Assembly (NCBI RefSeq): GCF_000150275.1
Contig: NW_002060948.1
Span: 1,449,983-1,513,982 of the forward strand
Direction of reading: 5' to 3'
DNA from: Trichoplax adhaerens
Lineage: Eukaryota; Animalia; Placozoa
DNA length: 64,000 nt
Positions 25,489 to 57,646 of this stretch are shown here, piece by piece; the first letter of the stretch is position 1; every line of letters starts with the position of its first letter. Both the position numbers and the translations under genes were made by a program. Under the pieces are notes generated by a model, which did not search any database, was not told the origin of the DNA, and worked only from the letters and a program-made list of their open reading frames with translations.

Positions 25489-27321
25489 ACGTTGAACAGC
25501 ACGGTGTTAGTAAAGGATACCAAAAACCGAGTTATTAATACAAAACACACCAAAAGAAGTACTAACTTTCCTTGAAGCTAAATCTGAAATTTGTAATGCT
25601 TTCTTGATTTTTTGTTACCATGGTCAACGCTGTAGCAATTACTTGGAATTCCATCGCCTTGATGATTACTGGCATAACGTTCTTATTAACAGCTGAAATT
25701 TTATGCAAGTAAGAAAACCAACCATCTTCTATCCTAGTAGCATAGCATAACATCCCTTTCTATTCTCTTAACATTTCTAATTAAAACTCGTTTTACTAAG
25801 CAAGTAATACAAATAAACTTATCACTTTATAGGAATCGATTTTTCTATTATTTAATTGGTATATCCTGCGGCATCCTGATTGCTTTACTGATTATTGTTC
25901 ATTATTTAAGTGGATACGTTCCTCAGGTTAGGAAAATCTTGTCAAACTAATGCTGTTTTAACTATCTTGAGGTGATAATTTAGTAACTTGATAAGCTACT
26001 AGTAACGTTTCTTACTCTGTGATCAGAAAAACTTATCGCGGTTAGTACTTGTCAGTGGATTTTTTGGCTTAGCCTATTTTACGGAACAAGTCGTATTAAA
26101 TTTTCCGCTGATAATAAATTATTATTGGCGACCACTGGTGATATACCTTGGAGTCGCTGGAATTATTAGTTTCTTTGTTTGCTACCTATATGAGCCCCCT
26201 AAAGTTGATCGGAAGGTAAGCAAATCTGTTATTGTGATAGCAGAAGCTTGTAAATAGGTATATCTATATAATCGGGATACAAAATGTATACTAAATTAAG
26301 GAAAATGTCGTATTCAGTATAGTTTCAATATTATGTATTAATGCATTTCTAGAAGCAGAATAGATATTGATATCTTCTTATTTACTACTACGCGCAGTAA
26401 GTTTGATCAAATTGACAGTAGATTGTACGCTTTAAATTACCTTAATCAATAGTGATGTTGCTATTACGAATTTGCCACAATAGCCATTTCCTAATGACTT
26501 GTTGAAGATATTTTTTCTAATTGTTAAAATGATTACAGAGAGATATTCTTAAGTGGATCATTCAGTTATTGGGTCTAGTTCTCATCTATAACGCATCTTA
26601 TTCTGAAAGAATGGGCGTGGGTATTGTAGTAGCTTGTTGTGTGATGAAATGGCATCACGATATATATAGTCTCTTCATGAGCGTTTTGAATGGTTTTAGC
26701 ATACTTAGGTCAGCAACAATATAACCTTTTTCATTTGTCATGATTTTTACTAACCCTTTTTGACTTAGTTTAAAGATTAAAATTGCAGATAATGATGGCT
26801 CATTTTAATGCTTTATGGTCTGTTTGCTAGAAAATATTTACCGAGATACACGGTACCTGAGCCACGACGTTTATTAACGGAGGCAGAATATGAAATAGAA
26901 GGTAAAATTGCTACTGATAATGCCCTATTGGATCTTCGTCGATATTGCTTAAGTTCTGAATGTAATTCGTGGGAACTTATTAGCAAGCTCAAAGATCCGA
27001 AGAGGTAGGAACTGGCCGATTAGTATCAGTCTGGCTTAGGTCCTGAATTTATAAAATAATCATTATCCTCCTACTTCCGTAATTTTTTCTTATCTGCATC
27101 TTGTAACAACGTACATTTCGTTAAAAAAGAATGCCCATTAATGATACGTTTTTATTAACTATATTAGCTTTGCAAAGTTTCTATGTGGAGAAAAGGACCT
27201 CAATGATGACACAATGTTCACCTGGATGAATGACAGTATGTTTGAGTTAGAAGAAAACACCACTCGTACTGCTACGCAAGAGCCTGACAGCGAGGTATCC
27301 AACACAGTAGATTCCAATTAG
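25489..27321 (+). CDS. NEMP1: Nuclear envelope integral membrane protein (NEMP/TMEM194 family), multi-exon; 5' end unresolved
   Basis: Exons read NRFFYYLIGISCGILIALLIIVHYLSGYVPQ, YWRPLVIYLGVAGIISFFVCYLYEPP, DILKWIIQLLGLVLIY, RRLLTEAEYEIEGKIATDNALLDLRRYCLSSECNSWELISKLKDPKR, FAKFLCG...DSN* (TAG 27319-27321). These follow the NEMP domain pattern. Confidence 0.85.
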
Positions 27322-28679
27322 AAGATAATCTACAATTAATTTGAAAATTAGATTTTTGTATTTCCACAGAAAGTCTAACTCATTTATTGTACTGTTAAAG
27401 TGCATTTTAACTCATTAATTATTATCATTAAAATTAGCACTTATCTCCGAATGGTATGATAAGTCTAATAAGCGATGCATTTGTAATAACATGAGATGTC
27501 AGTTTCAATATAATATTCTTACGGGTGTGAATATTACGTGTACCAGAAAATTTTTTGTCTATTTCAACTGCAAATTTATCTAGTAACCCAATAAAAGACT
27601 GTAAATATGATCTTGAATGGATACAACTATTCGATCTCAAACACGAACGTACATATGTTCTATAAATATCAACTTGTAATCGAACTTGAAAAATTGTCCA
27701 ATTTTTCACCGGACTATACAAGTGCATATATTTATTTCTTAGTGTAGAAAGCATGGATTGATTTAGCATGTATAAGCTCTTTGATGAAGTAAAATAATTT
27801 ACCGATTATTTCATAGTGTCATCGTACAGTGTACATTATATGGTTGTAATCTAAATGAAGACACTGTCTTCGCTGATATAATGGCAGTGCAGCAACTGCC
27901 TATAAGAGCTGTCATGGAGTGGCATCAAAAATGTTTTATATCTGGGCACTAGAGGAGCTCAACCTTGGCAGCATACTGTAATCAACTTCGTGCAGCAATG
28001 TGGGTTAACGCTAGTGCAGAATATTAGAAGTTACTCTTACAATCACTGAACATATCGAACAAAAAGAAAACTTCTGGCCATTTAATTATGACAAGATTCA
28101 TTAAAAAGTGCTACAGTGTACGTACATATTGGCTTAAGAGATAAAAATTCTACATAATACAACACTTTCAGTACCACATGCATCATTAGAATTTTATTTT
28201 TGTCACTGATGAAAAATTCATTTTTTAGCCTCGTCATTTCTTACTAAAACACTAGATCTTCGAAGAAAGAAGATATAGACTTCTCTACAAAATCTGTTTT
28301 ATACTATACTTTTCAATATGCATTTTAGAAGGGCTACTGATGCATGCCTGTATTGGTATATGCGAACATATCTATTTCAATATAACGGAAGTTTCTTTCA
28401 TTTTAACACAAGTGCTACCAGTGGCGTTAAAAATTTTACATCTCTGAAAACATTACTTCATGCCAGATATATCCGAATATAACATTCAAATCAAAATCTT
28501 TTCATAATGAAACGTTGTGTTGACAAATATTCGATTTCAACTACTTCTTAAAGACTAAATATGTTCAAATGGTTCCTAAATTTACACTTCGATATCTAGT
28601 GTAGTATGCGTACATAAAAACGTGTTAATTCTATCATGAAGGGTTCTGCATATATACGAGTGTATCTAGTCTCATTCTT

Positions 28680-37771
<9,092 letters not shown>

Positions 37772-40700
37772 GATTTTACCAACTATTGCAGTATTAGTGA
37801 TTTTGAATTTGGTTAGCTCTTTATGGTGTCGCTGATGACGATGATGATAATCCTGCTAGAGAAAGAATTATAATTCAAAATTTTCATTTCAAAAAGATTG
37901 AATATGCAGATACCTATTCGGCCTCCCTCCATACTAATATACGAGTACAATATTGTATACTGTGCGTATACTGGACTACAATAGCTATAAGCAAGCTACA
38001 GTAATATTATACAAATGGAGATAACATGATTATTTGTGAGCCTCACGATTATTGTATCATTGCTGCAAAACACAATGACTACAGTTTACAAGCCCATAGC
38101 ATGACTTGAGCTGAAAGCCATATCTGAAGTAATTTACTAGTACAAGCAGGAAAGCGCATGGTAACTGGTAGATCTATTAAACTTGATAATATTATTGTGT
38201 ATGCCTACGGAAATATGTGATAGAACATGTAATATGATTTCTTGAAATACGCAATGATTGCTGTTAAGGATGATGAGAGGATGAAGAGCAGGTTTATTTG
38301 TAGATTGAGAATGAACGCACATAGGTAGTAACAAGCAGTTACATTGATAATATATAGTAGGTTATCTATTCATTATATTACAGAACAATATTAAGCTGCA
38401 AGTCAGTAGCAAGGTTCCAATCTGAAAGTCTACTACTTCAATGGAAAAGTTATTTAAATGGCAGCTTCTATATTCATCAGTAGAGCACTGTCGTTAATAT
38501 AGTACACTACATTCCACGTCTATCCTAATGTCCTTATAAACTTTAATTGACTGAAATAGTTGTGATTACGTAATTTGTAGTGATTCAAATAATTGTTTAC
38601 GCATTTGTAGTTACTATAGGTACTATACTACTGATGTAATCGTATAACGAGTATATTGTTTATAATTAATTCTTCGAGATAATTAAGCTGTACACACAGT
38701 ATAATAATAATAATGCTGCCTACAACATTTGTACGTTTTACAGATGATGCCTACCACCGTTTCGGTTTGATACTGCTTTAGCTTTTACTGTATACTGAGT
38801 CAGACTGATTGCACATCGTATTTAAGAAAATGAACCAGAATCAAGCAGTAAATATTGTGTATGTCAGAACGTTGAGGCATGATGTTGTGTAGTGAACCAG
38901 TATGCTTAAAACTTGAGGTGGTCTGGGAGTCGAATAAACTTGTAGATAAAACAACTGTTACATACTGTCTGTTGCTATTAAAAGGATTGAGCTATCATGT
39001 ACAATCTTGTAGGCTTGGCATCGTTACTTTAAACCTAATGTTGAGTTCATTCTTACTACCTACTAGTTAACCTAAATTAAGTTCCCGCATCGACAATGAC
39101 CATTGAACAATATCTCAAACCCATGTCAATTATTCCGTTCAACCAATAATTGGATGGTCATGATGACGTAGATTTACGATAGAATTGCATCATCTTTCCA
39201 AATGTAGTACCTAATAGCTATCTTGTGAAGGAAAGAATGCAATTCAAAGGGTAATCAGTTTCTACTCGGCCATTTTCTATTCCTAAGCTTCTTTTACTTT
39301 GATTTTTACAGTCTTCAATCAGTGAATTCATTGCCAAGATTGGACAAGAATGATTGGCTATCGCCTAACAACCACTAAAGCATGTCGTGGTACTTACCAG
39401 TCAATCAGTGGAGTGACTTTAGTCCGCGACAATCTCCTGCGGGTGACGGGTCTGATTGTTAGCCCCTTGAGTGGGATAATGTTATCTAAGACTATCACTT
39501 ACCGCAACTTCACAGTATATCTGACGTAACTATCATACAGGATTACTACAGTTTATGGTGAATGGTTATCAGCACGTTGTTAGTTGAACAGTTCACTTCA
39601 CTTTACATCGATGTCTGAAGATTGAAGCTCAGCAAATTCTTCAAGGCTTCTGCCGCACTGCATTAACTCAATGTTGTTTGAACACTCAATTGTGACGTCA
39701 TTGCTAGCCTATAATATTCAGCATTCCTGTACAATGTATGTACGGTGTAGAGTAAAACCAACCAACAGCAACTAAATAAATAAATTACTAGTTAAATTGA
39801 CTTTCAAGATTCAAGACCGTTCTTCATCAAAGGATTCTTTCACCTAAACTACATACAATATGGATGATGTAGACTACGCTCTTTGATCACTTATAAGGAC
39901 GTGTAGTTAGTGTTCTACTTTGCAATTTGTAAATAGCAATGGCTATTACGTTGGAGATTACTGAAAATGTCGCCATTCATCATTAAAATAGGTGTATCCT
40001 TACAATAATAGACTAAAAGTCCGAACCGTAGCGTAATGTCATGTCTGATAATTATAATTATATTACATAAGGTATAAGTTATAATAATCATAGACTACAA
40101 ATTATCAACATGTTATGTTATCAAAATGTTTATCTGTGTCGTGTCTAGCAATGGAGTCAACTTCAATATCTGTAGAGTACGACGCTACTAAGTTACAAAA
40201 CGATCCGTTACTATTACAGCTAGAATCTTATAAAAAGGAAAGTCTTAAGACCTCTTCGGTACTGCTTCACACGACCATTCAATAACTCTGCTAATGTATG
40301 TACACTACAAGCTTCAATAAAGTCAATGAACTAGTAGCAAAGCGCGAGTTGCATGTTATGAAAAGTATCTCTAGCCAACCTCAAGATCCACCACAGAAAA
40401 GACGCATTTTGAGTTCAGATTGCTTATGCAAACATCGTGGCATAAATGGCGCAATAAACTGTCAGCCTTTTCACGTTCACTGCCTCAGGCAGGTAGTATG
40501 AGCATGTCATGTTGTGGACAGGCAATAACGTATATGCTTGTTTTTACTGTACTGGATAATGTATGACTGACTCACAATTTTCCTGACAGAGGATATAACT
40601 TTATCTGAGTAGAATGCCACGAGTATAATGATATACTCGTATTTTATCTGCATGGACGCTTACTACATTACGTATTTTTATATTTATTGGGTGTACAGTA

Positions 40701-41302
40701 TGTGTGGGGGTGGGGTAAGTAGCCTCCGTTACTTTGCTGCCATTCTTGGTATATATCGTTTCAGCTGTCTTAAGTCAAATGTGCATCGATTGGAATTGGA
40801 ACGATACAAAAAGGTGCAGCAATAGTTTAAAGCTGTTCGAACCACTGCAGTCAAATGGATATTCTCCGTAGAAGTATCAGCAAATGAATATTGTAATGAC
40901 AACAAGTCTTCCCAAGTTTTCAATGAATGGCTGGGTGTCGGAAAATGTAGAATTAATGAATTCTATTACCGGTAGGAAATTTTTCAGAATACTGTACACT
41001 GTACAGCACCGGTCCCGATCGTACCTAGCGGTCACATTGGGAGGTGTTGGCAGCAGTAGTGTATGTTTTAATCATTTGCAAATTTAAGCACCTCAAAAGT
41101 ACGTTAGAAGAGTTAGTAAGATTTAAGTTTAGATTCATGAGCAAAATGATAATGCAACTTCCAATTTTTGGAAGTCGTGCACATTCTATTTACTGTATAA
41201 CATATTATATACAGCAGATTTCCGACTCAAGACGATGTAAAATCGCAGGTGTATCATTCTAGCATAGAGAATAGTACAGCTTACGGTATCGTTACAGCGT
41301 GC

Positions 41303-41777
41303 ACGTCATACAAATAATGACGCAATCCCTAGCTGTTATTATTATTTTATTATTCTGTTCCGTTACAGACCGGTATTTCGACGTGACTTGTAAAATGATT
41401 GGAGTGACGTTACATGTAACCACGACTGATCGTTTGTATTAGAAACTTGAAAGAAATACAATGAATTGTTCAATACTGCAATCAAAAATATTCTAAATAT
41501 CGAGAGCCAATTGCTCAAGGTTGCACTAATCTATCTGCATGGAATTGAAGCCAAATTTACAGCACATTTCTTCTAAGTTGAAAGACAGAACTGGCAACAC
41601 TCTAGCTCAACATCTCTCTTTTCAACCATTTCCGAAGGTTCGTCACGTCCCTGTCATAGTAGTCTAGTTTTTGTACTGATCCGGTACGGTACCAGGTGGA
41701 ATGGGTACTATGATTTGTAAAGTAGTATCAGTACAGTACAGTACCGTACTGCACGTCGTACAAACGTCCAAGTGACG
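41303..41777. promoter_or_regulatory. Putative promoter of ABCC copy 2 with clustered CRE/ATF-type half-sites
   Basis: TGACG/CGTCA at 41304, 41318, 41405, 41641 and 41773 in a locally CpG-rich stretch 0.7-1.1 kb upstream of ATG 42435. Confidence 0.35.
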
Positions 41778-42434
41778 CATGAGTAACGTTCTAAATAAGA
41801 CCTGTCAAAGCGTGGTCTATCTTTGCCCTTCACCCCAGTCAGTCTGTCACCGGTTGCCTGCAGGACCTTGAATGTAAGAATTAAAATCTTCCTTGGAAAA
41901 TGTTTCCTTTGAAATATTACTTTATCCGTTATCCTTTGGCTTAATGATAGCTAAGACTATTCTATAATTAAGCTATCCCTTTTATATTGCTTTCCTTATA
42001 TAGTACATAGCTTAAAATTTACTTACCACAGTAAATTGACCGCGGCTCACTATTGGAGTTTGCTAATCCATTCATTAATGAACCATCGTAGCAGGACTAG
42101 ACCGGCTATCGGCCTACCAATAATTTTCTCATTTAAATCTTTCAGTGATTGCAATTACTTTACTCAAGGTATAATCGTTTTATTGTGGCTCAATTTATTT
42201 TAACTATCGTATGTACTATCGCCATTTAGACCTGCAATACTGGAAATGCCTCGGTTAAGAAGTTACGTAACTTACCATTAAGGTGCTTGGCAATCATTCA
42301 TCGATTACTCTCGTATACTGTATGTAAATTTACTGCTCATCAGAAGTACCCGCTAGCTGAAATACAGTGCGATCGATAGGCTACTATCCATTTCTAGGCC
42401 ACTATAAGACTAGAAGAGCAATTTGAGTTATTCT

Positions 42435-52943
<10,509 letters not shown>

Positions 52944-53814
52944 ATTTGTCACCAACAGTGCTAAACCTTTTTATATTGGGCAGCCGTAAAGAGAAACTTT
53001 TGGAAAGAAACGTCCTTTATCCTATCTTATATGTTAACCTACTTCATAATTGTACAAGAAGCTAGTCTTCATCTGTGTCCGTGTATAGTAAAATATTCCG
53101 AATATCTTGATTGACGCAGCAGACTTAAAAATATATTCTAGATGTATTCTTTACTCTATTTTAAAAATAATTTGCAATTTTAGGACTATTTTCTCGATCT
53201 CTGTTCTATTTAAAATAAAGGGCAATATTCCATGCTCTTGCTACTTTTATCTATCTACGAAGTCAAGATGTTAAGAATGTTTGATTGAACCTTTTCTTTT
53301 ATCATATTTTATTACTTTATTTGTGTTTCACATTTTGAACTTTACGTCATGCTGATGATGGCATTGGTATGATTCTGCTATTAATAAATTTACAGAAATT
53401 GATTTTGTATTCGTGCAGTATCACCTTCTTTAATAATAAGTAGCAAATATTCAACGTCAGTTTGTGACTTATCACTTGGAGTTATAAGAATTTCACCATT
53501 CGGTCTTACTATGATGTACATCATCCGCCTCAAATCTACATGCGAATATGAGCAAGGACTACTAAATCGTCATTGGAACGTTTTGAATGCGTCTATTTTA
53601 CTGTATTGTCAGTATCTTGTATCTTGTCAACTGCATACTGTACTGTACTGTGTAGTACAATAGTGTACAGTACATACAGTATAGTGTAGATCATACAGTA
53701 CCTAGTCAGTACCTTCATGATGACGCAAACAATATCATTGCTCTCTATACCAATCTGTAAAATCTCGTCAATATCCGGGCCGAGCCATTGGAGACGACTT
53801 TATTTTGGGCTATG

Positions 53815-53869
53815 AAATTGCGAGAAATACGCGTAGGTTATATAAAATTGCGAGAGAAATACGCGTAGG
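53815..53869. promoter_or_regulatory. Duplicated motif in the putative GPATCH3 proximal promoter
   Basis: aaattgcgaga(ga)aatacgcgtagg occurs twice, each copy with the palindrome TACGCGTA, 150-200 bp upstream of ATG 54015. Confidence 0.35.
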
Positions 53870-54014
53870 CTCTACTTTGCTTTTTATTCGAATTCCTAAG
53901 ATGTTCAAGTGGATCAAAAATAATCGATTTCTAGTCTTTATTAATTGGCAAGACATTGCATTATAATATCAACATTATTGATCAATCGGAGTTTATAATT
54001 AAGCCAATACTGTC

Positions 54015-56441
54015 ATGGAAAAGCACAACGTTCATGTTTTAATTGGAAATATCCCTGAAAAACTTCGCTCTGCTGATTTGAGGGCATTCTTTTCGCAGTT
54101 TATTGAAAGCAATGGATTTATATGCTTTCATTACAGGCATAGACCTGAAAGTAAACTTTTTTCAAGCGTTAACGCTACACAACAAGATAATCCTGAAAGT
54201 AGGAACAGTAATAGCTTAGAGAAAGAGTCGTCTTGTGAAAGTCAAACTGTCAACAAAGATTCAAATGATGGAAACGATAGCCGTCAAGCATTCAACAAGG
54301 CAAATGTTCCCAACACAAAATGTTGTGTTACTGTTATTGAAAAGAAAAATTTTCAAAATTTCTTTCGTGATTATCAGAGAAAAATATGGACTGACAGAGA
54401 TGGGAAGTACTTCAAGAGTAGGACACTTATATCTCGTATAAAACTAAAGGATTCTAAGGAAGTTGATCAGCTTGGTGCTGGCGATGTTTCAACGAAACCA
54501 GAGCATTCACAATTAACTACCGATGATTTAGCTAGATTACCAGGTACGTACAGTATGCGGCATATTCACTTATACAGCAAGGACTAGTGATTTCTTTCCT
54601 AATCATCTTGTGCTTATGGTGTATACTAAGCCAGTACGTAATCATTTAGTTTCAATTTAATAGTGTACTAGTAAGCATATTCATCGCCAATGTTATCAAC
54701 TCAAATAGACCAGTCGTTAATTTAGCTACAAAAAACTCGTATTTAGCTACAGTACTATGTATAAATATCGTTATTACAAGCATCGCTATTAAAGAGTGAT
54801 GATACTAGTGCTCACGATCATTGATTGAAAAGTCTATACCATTTCTTAAAAACCGGCAATAGAGATAACGTATCGCTTAAATAATGTATTCTATCTTTTA
54901 TCTATTTAGAATTAAATCCTCCTCCCATTATGCCTAATGGTAACGTTGGAACGCCATTATCTGTACTTATGGACTTGATTCGTACCTGCCGCTTTCCTCC
55001 AAGAATGATTAGCAAATTAGATCTTAAATTCCCCAAAAATCGGTCTTCAAGAAAATACGGTGCTTTAGGCTATAACTACTCTAAGAAAAAAGCTTTCGAT
55101 CTGCGTAATAACCAATTCGATACGACAGAGACGAATTCTAAAATAAATGACAATGAAGAGTTATTGGATGATGAGGAAATAAATCATCAGTACGAAGATA
55201 AAAATAATGACGATGATCATGTAAGTTTGCAAAAATCTTATAGTAATTAGATTATAAATTCTGTCGTTATTGACCTGATAATATTGATACGATAATACTT
55301 GATTATAATAATTATGAACTGTAAATACAGGACCCAGATGTCGAAGAATGGGATAGATACGAAGCTATATTCGACGATGTTGATAAACAGGTAATAGAAA
55401 TAGCAAAAAATTTCTTAAGCATCCAGTTGTGTACTATACTTTATTGTGTTATCATCTTCGCTCAACTTCACTTTGGTTATTTTATCGCAGGGTCGAACTA
55501 AGGAAAGATTATTCGAAGATGAAATTGAATTGAAATGGGAAAAAGGAGGTAGTGGACTAGTATTTTACACTGATGCTAATTACTGGAAAGAACAAGAAGG
55601 CGACTTTGATGAACAAACAGTTGATGACTGGGATGTGGACTTCAGTGCTTATTACGAACGTGGTAAGATTAAATATTATTCATCGAGTAATAGAATTTAA
55701 ATCATTTTGAACTGTTGCATTTCAGTGAAACACTTACGTATATGATTATAGATGGCGGCGACAAAGATGTTCGAGATATGATTCAAATGAGGATTGAGAA
55801 GCGTCGGAGGGAGGGTATAGAGGATACTTCCATCGGAACTACTGGCGGAATTGGAGAATTTGAGAGGCATACAAAGGTGCGTGTACTTGCAACGTAGTTA
55901 TGACTAATAAGTATGCGAACTCAGCTGTTCGAAATCATGTTATTAGAAATTGTACATCAATATGAATTGCAGATGGGTGAATATATCGTTATTACTAATG
56001 TACTGACAGGGATTTGGAGGGAGAATTTTGCAAAGTCAAGGATGGAAGAAAGGTGCTGGAATAGGTCGTATTCAAGACAGTATAACAGAACCAATCGAAA
56101 CAAATGGTCAAAATCCTCGCTGTAAAACAGGATTTGGGTTAGTATTCGATTAATTGCCATTGTAACATGACAAGGATAATGCTCTACAATTCTAATGTCA
56201 ATTAATATAATTGTTTATTGACGTATTATATTTATATTACAATTTATGATATAGCTACCATGGTGAAAAACTTAATCGTAATGTCAAGAGACGTAAGGCA
56301 GATAGCAACAGATTAATACCCACAATATATGACAATTTGGAAAATGAACCAAAAGATACCGCGTACCGTTCAGCTGGACCGGACACTTTGAAATATCGCT
56401 TTGTAAATTTTGTTTCGGCTTCAGAACATTCGCAGCCGTAG
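54015..56441 (+). CDS. GPATCH3: G-patch domain-containing protein 3, multi-exon
   Basis: IGNIPEKLRSADLRAFFSQFIESNGFICFHYRHRPE, LNPPPIMPNGNVGTP, EEWDRYEA, LFEDEIELKWEKGGSGLVFYTDA, and G-patch FERHTK|GFGGRILQSQGWKKGAGIG...TGFGYHGEK; ends EHSQP* (TAG 56439-56441). Confidence 0.93.
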
Positions 56442-57646
56442 TAACCATGCTTCTAAATCACAAGTAACGCGAACACTGTCCGTCATATTCTGTAACGCAG
56501 CTGTAAATAGGGAATTGGGTATAAGTAATTGCGTACATTTAGTGTTTTGCTATTTGATTATAATACCCTGGGTACATTATGTACACGGTGTTTTATTGCC
56601 TACTATCCGGGGTATTACAAAGAACCGATTTTATATATATATCTATAAAATGACTTAGTGCCATGTTATGATTAAGTTAAATGAATTGTAGGCACGATAC
56701 ATAAAGTGATCTAGTAAGATGATTATCTAATAACAAAGATAAATCTGTTGGAAATATCATATTTATGATCCTGTGTATAAATGCGAATGAAAAATGTCAT
56801 ATTTATTTATGTTTGATACTGTGATTCATCAACAGAAACCTTTATTGATTATACTGTCTTGAGAATCCTTGTTTGTGAAAGGAAAGACGAAATGGTATCG
56901 ATTAGTAAATTAATCGATTTCAAAAGAAGATAACTTTCTCGAATAATCGCAAAAATATCTTGTAGTATAGGCTTTAATTTTGTGGTGCTCTGGTCGTTCT
57001 TGATATTATTCAGATTTAAGTACTATTGAAGCCATCATCAATTATTAAACAATTTATATGCCTGAATGTTACATACTGTATATCTTACCAATTGAAATCG
57101 CATAAAATATAAAATATCAAAGCTTTTTATTTTATAAATATTTTCATTTCATGAAACTCTTAAGGCTTGTATAACATTTATTAGAGTTCTGGTCATAAAA
57201 ATTCGCGTCAGCTTTTCCAATAAATAAATAAATTTGTTCAAAGATTTATATTTTCTAATTGATAATATGACGGTAGTAAAATTGCAATATCTTTAAAAAT
57301 GAGATGGATATAAATGTACTGAGAATGTTAATCCCATTACATTGAACATTGGTAAAGTACCATTTCATAATATTGAGAAATTAGGTATCGTCATTTTAAA
57401 GTAGTACAGTAAGTCATATAACTGTGGACTGTTGACACCTTTTATTAGACGCAGCCCAGTAAATAATTGAGATCGCAAGCATTGAATATCCTGCGAATGA
57501 TAGTGTTTCAAACAGCAGAAAGCAATTTTATAATGTTAATGATTTAATATGGTTACAACAGAAGTTGGTAATAAAAAATACTTTAATTATAAACAATAAT
57601 CCAGAAAGATGTCATAAAAAATATCAACCACATCTCTCTTTTCACT

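Noticed and set aside
27850-28020. GC-richer patch with a small hairpin (ggcagt..actgcc) between NEMP and ABCC
   Set aside because: No tRNA, snoRNA or SECIS hallmarks that I could verify, and the frames examined are interrupted by stops.
40298-41262. Cluster of five short ORFs between the ABCC genes
   Set aside because: All are under 75 aa, overlapping, without motifs or a coherent splice pattern; likely chance ORFs in a GC-richer regulatory region.
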